Source: Schmidtea polychroa (lineage: Eukaryota). Taken from it: a DNA stretch of 64,000 nucleotides. The stretch's first letter is position 1. Every line of letters begins with the position of its first letter. Shown in pieces: positions 50,721-64,000 of the stretch. The notes beneath the pieces were generated by a model. It did no database searches. It was not told the DNA's origin and saw nothing but the letters and a program-made list of their open reading frames with translations. The position numbers and the translations under genes are program-made. The stretch spans positions 52,764,001 through 52,828,000 of the forward strand of contig CM097885.1 of NCBI GenBank assembly GCA_044892525.1, given 5' to 3'.

Positions 50721-51289
50721 GAGATTTATATTCAATTTTATAATAAAAATTTCAATTTTCAATTTTTATATTTTTCTTTTTTTGGAACGGGGTGTGGTAG
50801 CGAACCGGTAATTATCGCCACAGTCTTTCGAACACACCCCGGATCGATCCCCACTCGAGTCGACTTATTTGTCTTTGGTTTCCTCTTTCGAATCTCTTTC
50901 AAATTTCATTTGTACTTCGTGAGCGAGTAGTGATAATAACACGCATTACAATTATTGAATTGATTCTGATGTATGAGTCTGGTCAGCTTGTATATTGGAA
51001 GAGATTCGATAAACGAAAGAGGTTGAAATTGATAAATAAAAATATGATCCGGATCAAAAAAAAAACTGTTGAGAGGACAGTGGGAAAAAAACCAATACCT
51101 CTGTCCTCTCAGAGCAGTTTTACTGTTTCATAAATTTTTTTTTCTTTAAATTACAAGACATCATATATTTTTCAATTTTTATATTTTTCAATTTTTATAT
51201 TTTTCAATTTTTATATTTTACAATTTTTATATATTTCAATATTTATATTTTTTAATATTTATATTTTTCAATATTTTATGTTAAAGTGT

Positions 51290-51595
51290 AGTAGTGTATA
51301 TAATGGGAACACCGGCTTACCCCCACCTATTTTAGAAATTACTAGATAAAAAAAATTACTTAGAATTCAACAAATCTTTAGATTGAAGTTTTTATTGAAC
51401 AAATATTTTGGGTATCTATTTTTTTCAAAGCACCCCTCTTTATTAAAAAAAATATTTTTTCAATGTTTATAATTTAGGTATTTAAATTAGTAAATATTTT
51501 TTTCAGTATTAAAAATCGTTAATTTCAAGATTTTTTAAATTAGTAAATACCTTAGATGGGTAGGGTGAGCCGGTGTTCCCATTATATACACTACT
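51290..51595 (-). repeat. Terminus of Polinton-3: ~306-bp unit bounded by inverted AGTAGTGTATATAATGGGAACACCGGCT repeats
   Basis: Inverted pair at 51,290+ and ending at 51,595; same position upstream of the hexon as the left end of Polinton-2. Confidence 0.75.
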
Positions 51596-52189
51596 GCTAT
51601 GATCTTCGTACCAAATAATTTAATGATGGAATTATTGACTGCTGTGACTGAATGTAAGCAAATGTAGTCTGGTAGGAGAGTGTATAGTACCATAGAGAGA
51701 GACGAACCTGTGTTTGTCAGGCAAGTCAGTTTATGACTGGAGTTTAGTTTATTTATCTAGACTGTGAAATTCGGAGCTACTGGGAGTGTAAGTGTGGAAA
51801 ATAGAGCGGTAGAATACGTGCTATGAGAATCAGGCGAAGCTGAGTGATTAGAGGAGGATGCCGATGCAATTGTTGAACATGTTACGTCAATTGTCGAAGG
51901 TTTCGAGGCAGTTTCCGCGGATGGCGAAACAATTGTCGGCTGTGCATGTGTTGCGGTGGTGCGAGGCGATTGTATGGAATGTGAAATGACTGGATTAACT
52001 TTAACAGGAGTTCTTCTACAGTCTGTATTGAAAACAGCTACGAAGTCTCCAATGCTAATTGACAGGCTGGTTAGTTTTTTTGAGAATAGTTGTTGTTGTA
52101 TATGCAGCCTTTTAAGCAAGAGGAAGCGTCTTAGGGGAATAAGTGATGGAAAATGCAAACTGGAATGACGTGAGAGGAGTTATAGCGGT

Positions 52190-53076
52190 AATTTGATGCA
52201 CATCCGATGCAGCTTTTATGTGCCTATTCGCGAAATTGTTTGTGATAGGAACAGATCATGCGGGATCTGGTTTTACTGACGGGGTCTGTTTGAGAGATTG
52301 CTGTGTGACTGAGTGCTGCGGTTCGAAGAGCTTTGGCGATTGATTTGAGGGTGTAGCTGGATACAAGGATTGCCGTTGGTAAAAGAACAGGAGGTGAAGA
52401 GTTGCTACCGGTGTCGGTTCTTTCGTTGTTTGGATGAAGCGCAACGTATTTGTAGCCTACAACTGCGATGTGGTGTGAATCGTCGGAGGCAACAGTGAGT
52501 AGGAAAGTTTGAAGGTTGATCGACAGGGCAGACAAAAAATAGTTGGTAAGCAAAGGGAGATCGGAAGAGACCCGGTTGTGTGGCGTCAAGTGAGTGTGCC
52601 AGTTGCTGCAAGAAAAGGGTTGGTTTTTTGACCGGCGTAAGGCTTTGGAGTCCGGAGCCTTTGAAGAGCTGTAGCCTGTGTGTGGGCGTATTATTTTTGT
52701 TACAATGTTCTTCATTGACTCGTAAAGGGTATCGGAGTTTGAAGCATCGGCTATTTTTGTAGCCAACTCGGGAAGACAATATAGAAGGGCATCTACGCGG
52801 GACTCGAAGATGCGAAACCACGAGGAAGGTGTACCGTCCGAATCGAGAAATTAGGTAAATGGACGAAGTAGCTGTGTTGAATGGAGTTCCTCCGTGGAAG
52901 CGAATGTGTACAGAGAATAAGGTGTCTGGTGGGAGTTGATTGAGGTCAGTTAGAAAAAATCCGTTGTGTAATAGAAAGAACTGCTCTGTCTGGAGGTTGA
53001 GGGCGACAGTGATCAGAGTCATAGTGTGAGAACAGCGTTTAATTGTGAACGTACGGGCTTCGAAGCGGAGGTGCAT
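52190..53076 (-). pseudogene. Gypsy-type gag remnant preceded by a ubiquitin-like domain
   Basis: ...QFFLLHNG..L...LPPDTLFSVHIRFHGG, then SWFRIFES and the CHCC-like ICSYHKQF..AHKSC..C in broken frames. Confidence 0.5.
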
Positions 53077-53616
53077 GAAGGTAGTTGTCGGCTTCACGGT
53101 GAAGAATTGTTGTTAGTATTAATGGATGAAATAGATGAATGTAAAATTTAACATAGAACAAAATTTTATTAATTCCAACGGCTTCGGTCTTTATGGTGAT
53201 TTGCGATTACATCCATCAGTTGGTATGGATTGTGTTGCATATTGTTCGCTAATTCTGTTTTTTGGATGTTGCTGCTGAATTTGTTATTTAATACTAAATC
53301 TTCATATGGCATAAATTCTGCTGTTGCTGGTAGTTCGGAAGACATGTTGTTTTTAAATTTGAAAAAGTGAATTTTTATATTAATGTTATTCAAACCAAAC
53401 CACCGAGAATTTAAATATACCATCTAACATATAAAATTTAATATATAGATAAAAGTGTTTCAGAAGGCACCACAGTAATGTATGTTTAACACAAATATAC
53501 CCAAGCTTTTCCAAGAAGTCCTGGCGACTCGGGTGGGTTCATCAATTAATATAACACACTAAAAAGCAACAATATAATTGATTACATAATATTAATTTTA
53601 TTATAAGTAAAACTAT

Positions 53617-53889
53617 TTATTTATTACAATTAGAATGATTTGGCGGGTAAAGACTCATTCTTTTTTGCTTTGAAATCCTTCACAGCAACGTTGTGGCAAA
53701 TCATTATATTTTTTGCAGCAATTTTTAAGCATATCGATAATATGCTCACATTTGTCTTGATTCCAAGAATTTTCTAAATTTACTGTTAGATACTATATTG
53801 TAAAGTAAAGGCCAACTATCTAAACAACTCTGAATCATACAAGCAAATTGATGGCAAGGTTCATACAATTGCTTAGAGTCTTTGATATT
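53617..53889 (-). CDS. CMC4: Host twin-Cx9C protein, CMC4-like, copy 2 (start exon not located)
   Basis: NIKDSKQLYEPCHQFACMIQSCLD|KNSWNQDKCEHIIDMLKNCCKKYNDLPQRCCEGF, with the same phase-1 intron position as copy 1. Confidence 0.8.
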
Positions 53890-54219
53890 CTAAACCAATA
53901 AATATTTTTAAACTAATTACAGTTATTAACAAAATAAAAATAACATACTCTATAATAACAAATTAATAATTAAGTCAATTACATTTAAGATCGTTTGACA
54001 AAATATTTAAATTATATTATTTTATATCTTAAATATTGAATAGTTATCTACCATATTTATCATTATAAGCAATAATTTATAATTTGTTAAATATGCGTTT
54101 TTAAAATTGTTTATAATTTAAAATGATTTAGTAAAAGTAATAAATTTTAAAATGATATTTCATTATAATTAAGTTTTATTTGATTTATTAAAAAATAGTT
54201 GAAAGCATAAATGTTTGTT

Positions 54220-54560
54220 AACAAATGTTTACCCATCCCGTATTCTTCCCTCATAGAAATTAAACATTTCCATATCCTGCAGAAGTTCTATGGATTCTTG
54301 TAATGTCATGAGTGCAGACGCCCATAGAATACTATAGAAATTCAGAGGTTCTAGGCCATAATAGGCATTTTGTTTGGCACTGAATTGCTGAAAATAATCT
54401 GCAAGCAGGAATACGTCCAATTTGAGGTAGATTAACGTGTAATCTAACATTGTCTGGCAATTTTGCTGAGTTCATATTCATCATTAGATACAGAAGCCCA
54501 AATAGGAGGCAATTCAAACATGTAATAAAGTCATACGGAAAGATGCCCTTTAACAATTGC
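54220..54560 (-). pseudogene. pPolB fragment of the Polinton-1 family
   Basis: KGIFPYDF, YLKLDVFLLADYFQQF, LEPLNFY, FYEG.IR.G, matching 5,410-5,800. Confidence 0.88.
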
Positions 54561-55621
54561 ACCATCAAAGACAGAAGAAGTCAAAAGCAATTCGGGAAGA
54601 GTCTGAACAGCTCAATTGACAAACGACATGCTGTCAATAAAACAAACAGGCAATTATCAATTAATACGATGAGGGAGATAGTAGTATGTCATAAGAACTC
54701 CAGAGCACTTTGACCTCAATAACCTTTCTAGGTCATCATATTTGTCATGCAATTTGTCAAGGTCAAATATAGGTCAATTGAAACATTTTTTTGAGTTTAC
54801 ATTATGATAAATAACCACTTTACATTTCCTTTTATCATGTGTTTGAGGAACGGCACCTTTACATTTCTTTTGAACAACGAACCACAAGTAGACACGCTTT
54901 TTATTAAGTTGTTATTAAGTTTTTATTAAGGTACCCGAATACCGTAACGACCAAGAGCTTATAAATGGCTCACAACTGTTTTAGGTATACGTTGACTACC
55001 TCTGAGATTTCTCGTGTCGTGTACTTTGGATTGTTTTCTATCAATGTCTTGATTTGATCATCATCAAACACTGATGGTCTACCAGAACGCTCATTATCTT
55101 CACGAGATATTTCCAGCACAAAATAATACTTTCACTATATAATATATAAAATAATACCAATTTTGAGAAAACCAATTTTGACACACTCTTTCACTCACAG
55201 TACCTTCGCCTACACAGCACACATTTTCTCTTTCATCTACAATGCATTTTTACCTTTGGGGTAGTATAAAAGTATCAAACATCGAAAATATAGTTTATTG
55301 TTTTCCATTTTCAAACTCACACAAAATAATAATTATTTAATGTAATTACAAAAATGCTTTCTAAATACACACCTTATCTTTCAATAACATAAAGATCTTT
55401 TACAATACAACTGACATTTATATGCATTTTGACATATATCGCAAAAAACAAAATGACTTTTTACTCAACCTAATATTTACTTTATTTAATTATTATTATT
55501 TATTTATTTTAACTCATTTTTTTCTTTTTAATTTTAATGTTTCTTATTAAATTTTAATTATTATTACTATTATTCTCTTTATTTATTAATATTTTACAAT
55601 TTTATTTAATTAAAATTTATT

Positions 55622-55757
<136 letters not shown>

Positions 55758-56249
55758 TTTATTAAATAATTTATTTTTAATTAATTAATTAATTTTGTTT
55801 ATTTATTTGTTTATTTATTTATTTATTTATTTTTTCATTACTTTTATTATGTCTTTAGAAGAGCGTAAATTATAGCAAGAATATTTTTATTGGAACAAAA
55901 TTTGAAGTAGTAATTATTCGAATTATTATAAAATAACGATGAGTTACCCTCAGATAAAATGGGTATAAATTTTCGGAAAAAAACAAATAAACATGAAAAT
56001 AATAATTCTTACTTAAAATTAATTATTTAAATTAATTTTAAATGCAACTGTTTACAATAAATAAAAATTAATCAAAATGAATTATTAAATAATAAAGTAT
56101 ATTTTAATTAACTAAGTCGAATTATTCACAATATATATTTTGATATTCACATAAATTATACATTTAATTGTTAGAAGGATCATGATCATTTTAATTTGGA
56201 CTCATTTCTTGACAGAGAAGTTGTGATATGCATATGACGAATCTTTAAG

Positions 56250-57415
56250 TGACCGTAGGCATAGCTTTCATTACAATTGAACCAATAACTTTTATCACCC
56301 AACATTAGAGAGCTAGTTTTCTGTCTTGAAAGTATGCAACTGATGATTGACACTTCCTATTTTCTTTTGTGGAAACTCACTTTATCACCATTAGTATATA
56401 CTTTTTTGTAGGCTACATGTGTGAGATTAGAATTTGTAAGACTTATTCCTTTGGCTTTTAAAGTGTCTTTATCACCTTGAAGTGAGTAGCACTTGTGTCG
56501 AAGGGACACCCAGTTTTTATTGATTTCCTTTATTCTCATCCTTTACTTTTCCCATTACTGAACAAATTATATCTGATAACAATGGATCGGTCACCAGATA
56601 AATTGAAGTATCCAGGAATCCATCAGCAATCATTTTTTGATACAGTTGTGAGCGTAAGTCTACATTTTTACACTCTAATAAATGGAATCTATGTCACCGA
56701 CTACGAAATTAATTTGACATTTGAATTCATCTCTATAACTCTGTAGTTCTTTATATTAAAACTAAAGCATGCGAAATTTGGAAAAATATAGTACGGTTTG
56801 TCCAATACACATCGGTATATCCAAAGATACCATTTCCTTATCAAGAATAACTGCAATGCGATCATACGCAATCTTGATGCTACGAAGAAACATATCAATC
56901 TTTTGCTTTTGATGCATGATCTCAAATTTATATGTTTCTTCAAGTTTTCAATAGTTTTACCGTATAAACTATTGTTCTTTAAATTATAATAATCTTGCTG
57001 AAATGGATATTTATTAGGTGCTCTGAAGCACGATAAACATTTGTGACTTTTGCACCGTAACTCAATCATTCTGTCAAAACTCTACTATTAATCACTGATC
57101 TTAAATAGGTTTTACTGGTTCAGTGAGCTATTTAAGAGCTGAAGCCCAACTCAATCCTAGGATAGAAACAAAAGACAGTGCTTCCAATTCATCTTCAATA
57201 AATGTTTTGTCTCTGGAAGCTTCATAAACATCAGCCAACAGAAAAACATCGAACTTAAGGTACACTAGTATATAATCTAATATCGTCTTACAGTTGTACT
57301 GATGCCAAATTTTAATGGCGTGTGAATATTCTGTCTGATTAATTCCAGACCAAATCGGTGGTAACTCAGTTATTGTTTGTAATACCTCCAGGGATGAAGC
57401 AATATTATAAGGGAA
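56250..57415 (-). pseudogene. Heavily degraded pPolB fragments
   Basis: ELPPIWSG, YLKFDVFLLAD, LKNNSLYGKT, LKAKGI, DK..W.....AYGH. Confidence 0.85.
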
Positions 57416-57424
57416 TATAAATTA

Positions 57425-57725
57425 TATAAATTTTAGAGGAAAGACTGGTGTGACATTCCTGCGGGAAAGCCTCAGGAAATTGTTGATAAAAGTGGAAAGT
57501 ATCCAATCATATTTTTCAAATGGCGAAATGTAGAATATTGGGATGTATGAAAGAATTAATTCCGAATGAGCTGCAAAATAAACTCACAGATATTCAAATA
57601 CAATCGATTACAGTAACAATAGATTTTAGATAATGTATTAATCTATATAAATTGTTTCAAGAAACCGAATGAATATTTTCAGTAGCGGAAATGTTGTTGC
57701 GTTAGGACTTAGAAATTTAGAATAA
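57425..57725 (+). pseudogene. Second, degraded TBP-like Polinton gene
   Basis: INFRG, GKPQEIVDKSGKYPIIFFK, CRILGC, IQSITVTID, INLYKL, IFSSGNVVALGLRNLE; collinear with 14,545..14,977. Confidence 0.8.
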
Positions 57726-58593
57726 TTCTCATTCGAAATATTCTATTAAATAAAAGCTCCTCTGTGTTCTTCGACTGTCTAGTAAGCTCAAAATATTTAT
57801 TTGTTATTTATTTTTCTATGTCATCACCGATTTCGAATGTTTCTGGTGGTCTAATAAACTACAGCATAGGCGTGGTTACCATGTTAGGATTCGTTCTAAT
57901 TTTAGATATTAATAAATTCAAAGTCGTGAATAATTATATATTATTTAAACAAAGTATTTTCTTAATTCATTTCCGGGGAATTAATTCAAATCCAAATAAT
58001 ATTTCGAACAATTTCAACATTCAATTTCAACATACCACAACATTCAAATAATAAAATATAAAGGATATAAATATGAATAGTTTATATAAATACATCTTAC
58101 AATTAGAAATTTCATAATAAATGTCAAGGAAATTGAACTGGGTTGATTCGATGTTAGGATTGAATTGATTTGATAACTGATTGTTTTGCTCCTGCTATTT
58201 TTCATTTCATCTGTTTTCTGTTTTTTTTGCTCCTGTTCGATAATATTTCGTTAACTCAAAGTTTTCGATGACCCTTCCAATACTATACAATTTCGCAAAG
58301 TGACACATTTATTTCATGTGTTTTCTATTTTTTAATGTTGTTTAAATTTTATTGTTAAACTTAAATTGAATGTGAAATATTAATATTTTTATATTTAAAA
58401 TTAAATTTCAGACAAATTCATTTAAATTTTGAACCAAAAAGATAGAAGATATGCGTCCGATCTGCTCTGGTCCTTTAACTTGATTTTTTTCACAAATAAC
58501 TCTTTCGTTATCTCATCAACCAGACATCAAACATACCGGAGTTTACACAATTTCATCAAATTCTTTATTTCATACACGTATTTACAAGTCACT

Positions 58594-59030
58594 TTACACT
58601 TGAGACGATTCTTGGTCCATCAGCCGTTTCTGCTCGGCTAGTCGGAGTTTCTTTAGCTTCTCCCGGGTATCGCGTCCCATTCGTTTACGCTTGGGTTTAC
58701 TAGTCTGAGCCGGTGGATAGATTTCAGCTAGTTTGGTTGGCAGAGGTCGGATCCGTTCAGTCAGCACCGTGTTGATGACCCGCTGGTTGAATTGGGTCTC
58801 TAGAGCGCGCACTTTGATCATCAGGGCGCGAATTTCCGTCTGGTTCTGGGCTGCTTAGGATTGTAGCTGTTGAATGAGCACCAATCGTTTCTTCATTTCG
58901 GTAGGACTGAACTAGGTGCTTTCAAGCTTCCGGCACCGCCCTTTGAATTTCGAGATCCTGTCCTGGAGTCTTTTCACTTGCTGTTGGGCTTGCTCCGGGT
59001 CCTTCCGCAAAATTTCTACGAGTAGGAACA
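58594..59030 (-). pseudogene. Coiled-coil/basic protein exon inside copy C (stops present)
   Basis: VFLLVEILRKDPEQAQ...EIRAL..KVRALE...IYPPAQTSKPKRKRMGR, with the same AG|TG acceptor. Confidence 0.75.
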
Positions 59031-59511
59031 CTAGAAATACAATAACGACATAAAGTTCGTATTTGGAAATCTAAACTGTCTCTTATTAGAAATAAGAACG
59101 ACTTTTAAGTAAAGTATTGACTTTGACAGGTACGCATGTTCCCTTTGATTTTACCGTCCGTGAAATTCTTCCTGCTACTGCATTTTGATTAAGAATCACC
59201 CTGGTATTTTAAATCCTTGGTCCTGAAGTAACGCCCATCCTAGCCAGCAACCCTTCATCAATGGTCTCACTACTATAGGGATCATTTAAATGTCGTCTAT
59301 TCAAACTCTAAAACCGCAGTCGCGGATCTCGATCATTATTGTATCAGGAGAGATGAAACATACCGACTATTGAAATTGTAACTAAGCAGTAAAATTATTG
59401 TATAAAGGAAATCAAGTCATTTTATTGTCGATTATAACACCAAAAAAAATTGTTCACAATGCCACACAAATGTCCTTCATGTAAGGTGGTTTGCGGTTCC
59501 GCTCAGGCCGG

Positions 59512-59757
59512 TCAGTTGGTTCCAGTGACGCTCTTCCTGGGTCGGCCGCGTTTCCGAAGGGTAGGCTCTTGAGCCAGACATGGGAGGGCCTCCGTCTTGG
59601 GGGTGACTAACTTGATTCTTCCAATAGCGAGATCGGCTCGTATTTGATGGTATCCATCGTTCCATGAGTGGATCTCATTCCAGATCCATCGGGTTCTGGA
59701 ACTGGTGATCGGTTCGATGGGTCGACTTTCTCCGTTTTGGCCGAGTTGTTTACTCAT
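59512..59757 (-). CDS. Small AT-hook protein inside copy C
   Basis: RTRWIWNEIHSWN and LRKRGRPRK; same position relative to the coiled-coil exon as in copy A. Confidence 0.68.
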   Translation of the reverse strand: MSKQLGQNGESRPIEPITSSRTRWIWNEIHSWNDGYHQIRADLAIGRIKLVTPKTEALPCLAQEPTLRKRGRPRKSVTGTN

Positions 59758-60729
59758 TTCTGGAATTATCCCTAAATTTCAATGAATTGAGTTTATTGAT
59801 TATGAGATTATTAGTTGTCTTAACCCTAAGCTGATGATCCCGGGCGTACTGGATAATTTATGGAATTTATTTGGTTAGGTATATCAAGCCCTTCGAGAAC
59901 GACAGCTATCCTCGCACGAGAGACATCGGTATTGCAGGAGGAAAATATAACACCAATGCAAATCTTTCTATCAGACAACGCTGAGCAACTGATTCAGGTT
60001 GTAGTTTCAAATAAATTTAATTAAATCATCTTGTCTTGATTTAATATTGAATGTAATTGTTATTTCTAAGACGTTTATTCCAAACTTTTCCGAGTACCAG
60101 TTATCACCAGAGATCATGAAACTTATTTAATTATGTCTTTCAATTCCTTTCATTTGATAAATTATATATCCAAAGTATTTGATTTCCTGGATTATATTTA
60201 ATACTTATAGAGTATGTTTAATACTTAGTTAATGTTTAGTTCTCTCCGTTTTATATATTATTGCATAGTGATCACAACAACATTAGCAATTGAAATGGGC
60301 AAGTTCAACGTATAGGTAATTTAGCTAGAATGTTCCCATCATCCTATAACCTGGGTGTATGTATGAAAACACAAACTATACCTCTTATATATACATACAG
60401 ACATATATAGACATATTAACGTCCCCACACATATACATATATACTTATATATACACATACATAATTTAAATTATTAATATTGATCTTGTTCCCGACTATT
60501 ATATTATCTGGGGGGAGGTACTAAAAATAGACTTTAGTGATTTTCTTTAATATTATTGAGGAAAGGTGTTCTATAATTAAATTTGTCGTTATGTGGAATT
60601 CTAAAATCGATATTATAATGTACCTCAATGAATTGCCAAATCCGCAATAGAATAAATAGTATTAATAGCATCATATAACCTAAGAGGGTGAAAATTAAAA
60701 TTTTACTTTATAAATATTAATTTTTTGGG

Positions 60730-61245
<516 letters not shown>

Positions 61246-61386
61246 TGCGATTTATATTATTACCATTAGCCTTATTTTGATTATGATATAACTCGGGATA
61301 GTGGTACTCACGAAAATTACAAATGATACCTTTATAAATTCCAATGTATTTACATATACTTATTTGTTCAGTAAAAATTTCACATA

Positions 61387-61462
<76 letters not shown>

Positions 61463-63023
61463 ATTTATATATATTTTCGATTAACATTTTTTCGACATTA
61501 AGGCTAGAGGGGATTAATTCCAAAATAATAAAAATTAAACTTTGAGTTTTCAAGTTTATTCTTTATATAATTTAAATTATTATTAGATGATGATAAAATT
61601 TAGATTATTATAATAGGTATGGATTTGACTACTTGAGGGTATTCGTAAGAGAATTTATAATTTATATTTTTAAATAAACATAAGTTAAATATGTACTAAG
61701 TTAAGCTAATTTAGTAAAATTAGATAGCCTTTGACGTCTATTGTAATTGAGGGGAGTCATTCATAAAAATTTTTAAGTTATAATTTTAAATATAATATAA
61801 GTTAAAATATGAATTAATATTGTCTGATTTCATATATTTAGGCAACGTTGACTGGATAAAGTATTTGAGGGGCGTTATTTATAAAAAAAAATTTCAAAAT
61901 TATAATTTTTAACTATAATATAATCTAAGATATATATTAATATCGTCTGATTTAATACATTTAGGTTATGTTGAGTGGCTATAATATTCGAGGGGGTTGT
62001 TTAAAAAAAATTTATCATTTATATTTTTAATTATAATATGAACTAAAATATACGCTAATATCATTTTACATGTTTGATAAGTAATGGTTTATGATTCAAA
62101 GGATAGTTAGGAGAATTTCTAAAATATATTTTACAATGTAACTTCATAGAGTATATAATAAGATCGTCTGAATAATAGTCGATGGCTATAAGCTTTGGGG
62201 TAATTATAAAATTATAAAATGTAATCCTAATTGAATATATAAATAGAGGAACTTCAGATTAACTTGATAATAGTTTAATATACAGTTTGAGAAGGTCATT
62301 TAAGAAAATTGTAAGTTGTTGTTCTTGTATTGCGTATATGTATGTAGAAATCTTTGATAAGTGTTGTCAATACTGTCGTTAATTACTACATAGTTCCAGG
62401 AGGTTATTCGCTGGAGATTGTGATTTTCACTTTTATGAATTGAAGAGACATGTAAACAACTCTTTATTAGGATTATTACGATAGTTTGAGAATATTACCA
62501 AATTATCATTTCATGGTATTGAGAAGTAGTAATTCGATTTTACTCAAATATCCTCAATTTCGATAATATACAATAGATCATTTAGAAAAATTTATGAATT
62601 TTAAATTTTTGTTTTCGACATAAATATACGCAATACGATTCTTAGTATGATTTAGAGCACTATACAAATTGTATATATAACCGACTACATTGATTGTCAA
62701 TAAAATAGAAAACTGCGATTAGTTTACATCTAGGGCTTTCCTCCGTTTATTGAGTCCTAGTGTAATGCAAAGATGTGATTTTTAATGTTAATTTTGCTAT
62801 GTGAATTATTCGTGCAATAAATAGTCATTTACTGAAAATCGCTTGTTTTCGTGGCCACGATGTGCTCACTGTGACAAGCCCTAGTGTTTATGTAGGTCGA
62901 TAATATGCTATCGACATATAGATACTACTATAACGAGTTCAAAAACTCTGTCAATCTGGAAGGAATTTATCAACTTAACTTCAAGGCAGTTACCATGAAG
63001 TGGTGCGACCTCCGACGACCCAA

Positions 63024-63141
<118 letters not shown>

Positions 63142-64000
63142 ATAGGTGCATGCCAGGCGGTGACCTGCGATCATTGGGGTTGTGTTGGATGTAAGGCTGG
63201 TCAAAATCAAAGATCAATTCTGAATCGTAGCGATTTTGATCACTCTTGCATCATAAAACCCAAAGAAAAAAAAATTCAATTTAAAAATGTAATTAATGAA
63301 AATATATCGTATCATAAAATACAAATGATAAGAAGAATCAATCGAATAAATCCTTACTATTAAGATCGGATTCAGTATTACTGGACAAAAATTTTGGCAT
63401 AAAAGTGTAACTTGTGACGAGAATGTAGCGGTATATACACCAAACACCACTGAGATACGTTCTCTATAGTGGTGGTTGGCGTGTAAAATCACTCACCGAT
63501 TTATTTATCATCATCATCAGCAAATCAAGCAACAATTTATCATGTACTGAATTATGTTTTTTTAATCAATGTTTTTAAAATCAATTATGTTTTTTGGAAA
63601 TTTATTTTAGCAATTTTACAAATGGCTTACAAGTAATTTTTTTTATTTAAAGTAAATTTTAAGATTTGAATTCTGATCTATATGAGATATGAGATCATTA
63701 TTCAAGTTCTTAAATATTACTTTTAATCAACATTATAAATTATTTTTAATTAATTTTCAGGCTTTTTTAGGAATTTTATGTCTTTTATTAAAGTATTTTG
63801 GAATTATTTCGAAAAAATGTGAGTCCGATATATTTTTAATTATAATTAATTAATTAAATAAATCAATCAATGTATTTTTTTAAAACATTTTGGGAAAAAT
63901 CGCTGATTAGAATAATTTTTTTAATTTTTGTAGTTTTTTCTCTGAGCTCAATATGAGGGGATTCTTAAAGGAAATCAAATCTGGAGTAAAAATATTTTGA

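Overview
AT-rich eukaryotic chromosomal DNA with (TA)n/(AAT)n microsatellites and ~45-nt GT-AG introns; flatworm/planarian-like by inference only. It is almost entirely a nest of mobile elements. (1) Polinton-1 (1..~20,100, core genes on the minus strand, decaying) is a Polinton/adintovirus-type element with pPolB, adenain, hexon, penton, RVE integrase and packaging ATPase. It has spliceosomal introns and carries a TBP-like gene, a Bcl-2-like gene and a 4-exon gene with SUMO-interacting motifs. (2) Polinton-2 (20,672..35,117) is complete, with AGTAGT termini, ~370-390 bp TIRs, a 6-bp TSD (TATATT) and a ZnF-PLA2-integrase fusion ORF. (3) Three copies of a ~5-kb TG..CA element occur at 291..5,322 (+), 39,670..44,740 (-) and ~58,440..>64,000 (-). 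The two complete copies each have a 4-bp ATAG TSD, and I read them as giant solo LTRs that carry their own spliced coiled-coil and AT-hook genes. (4) Smaller retroelement pieces are an internally deleted Ty3/Gypsy element, a decayed Bcl-2-like plus chuvirus-type envelope polyprotein, two gag remnants (one behind a ubiquitin-like domain) and a minimal hammerhead ribozyme. (5) A Helitron 3' end, a MITE and further Polinton debris are also present. The only recognisable host genes are two convergent CMC4-like (twin Cx9C) paralogues. All protein calls come from motif recognition by eye; no database searches were run.
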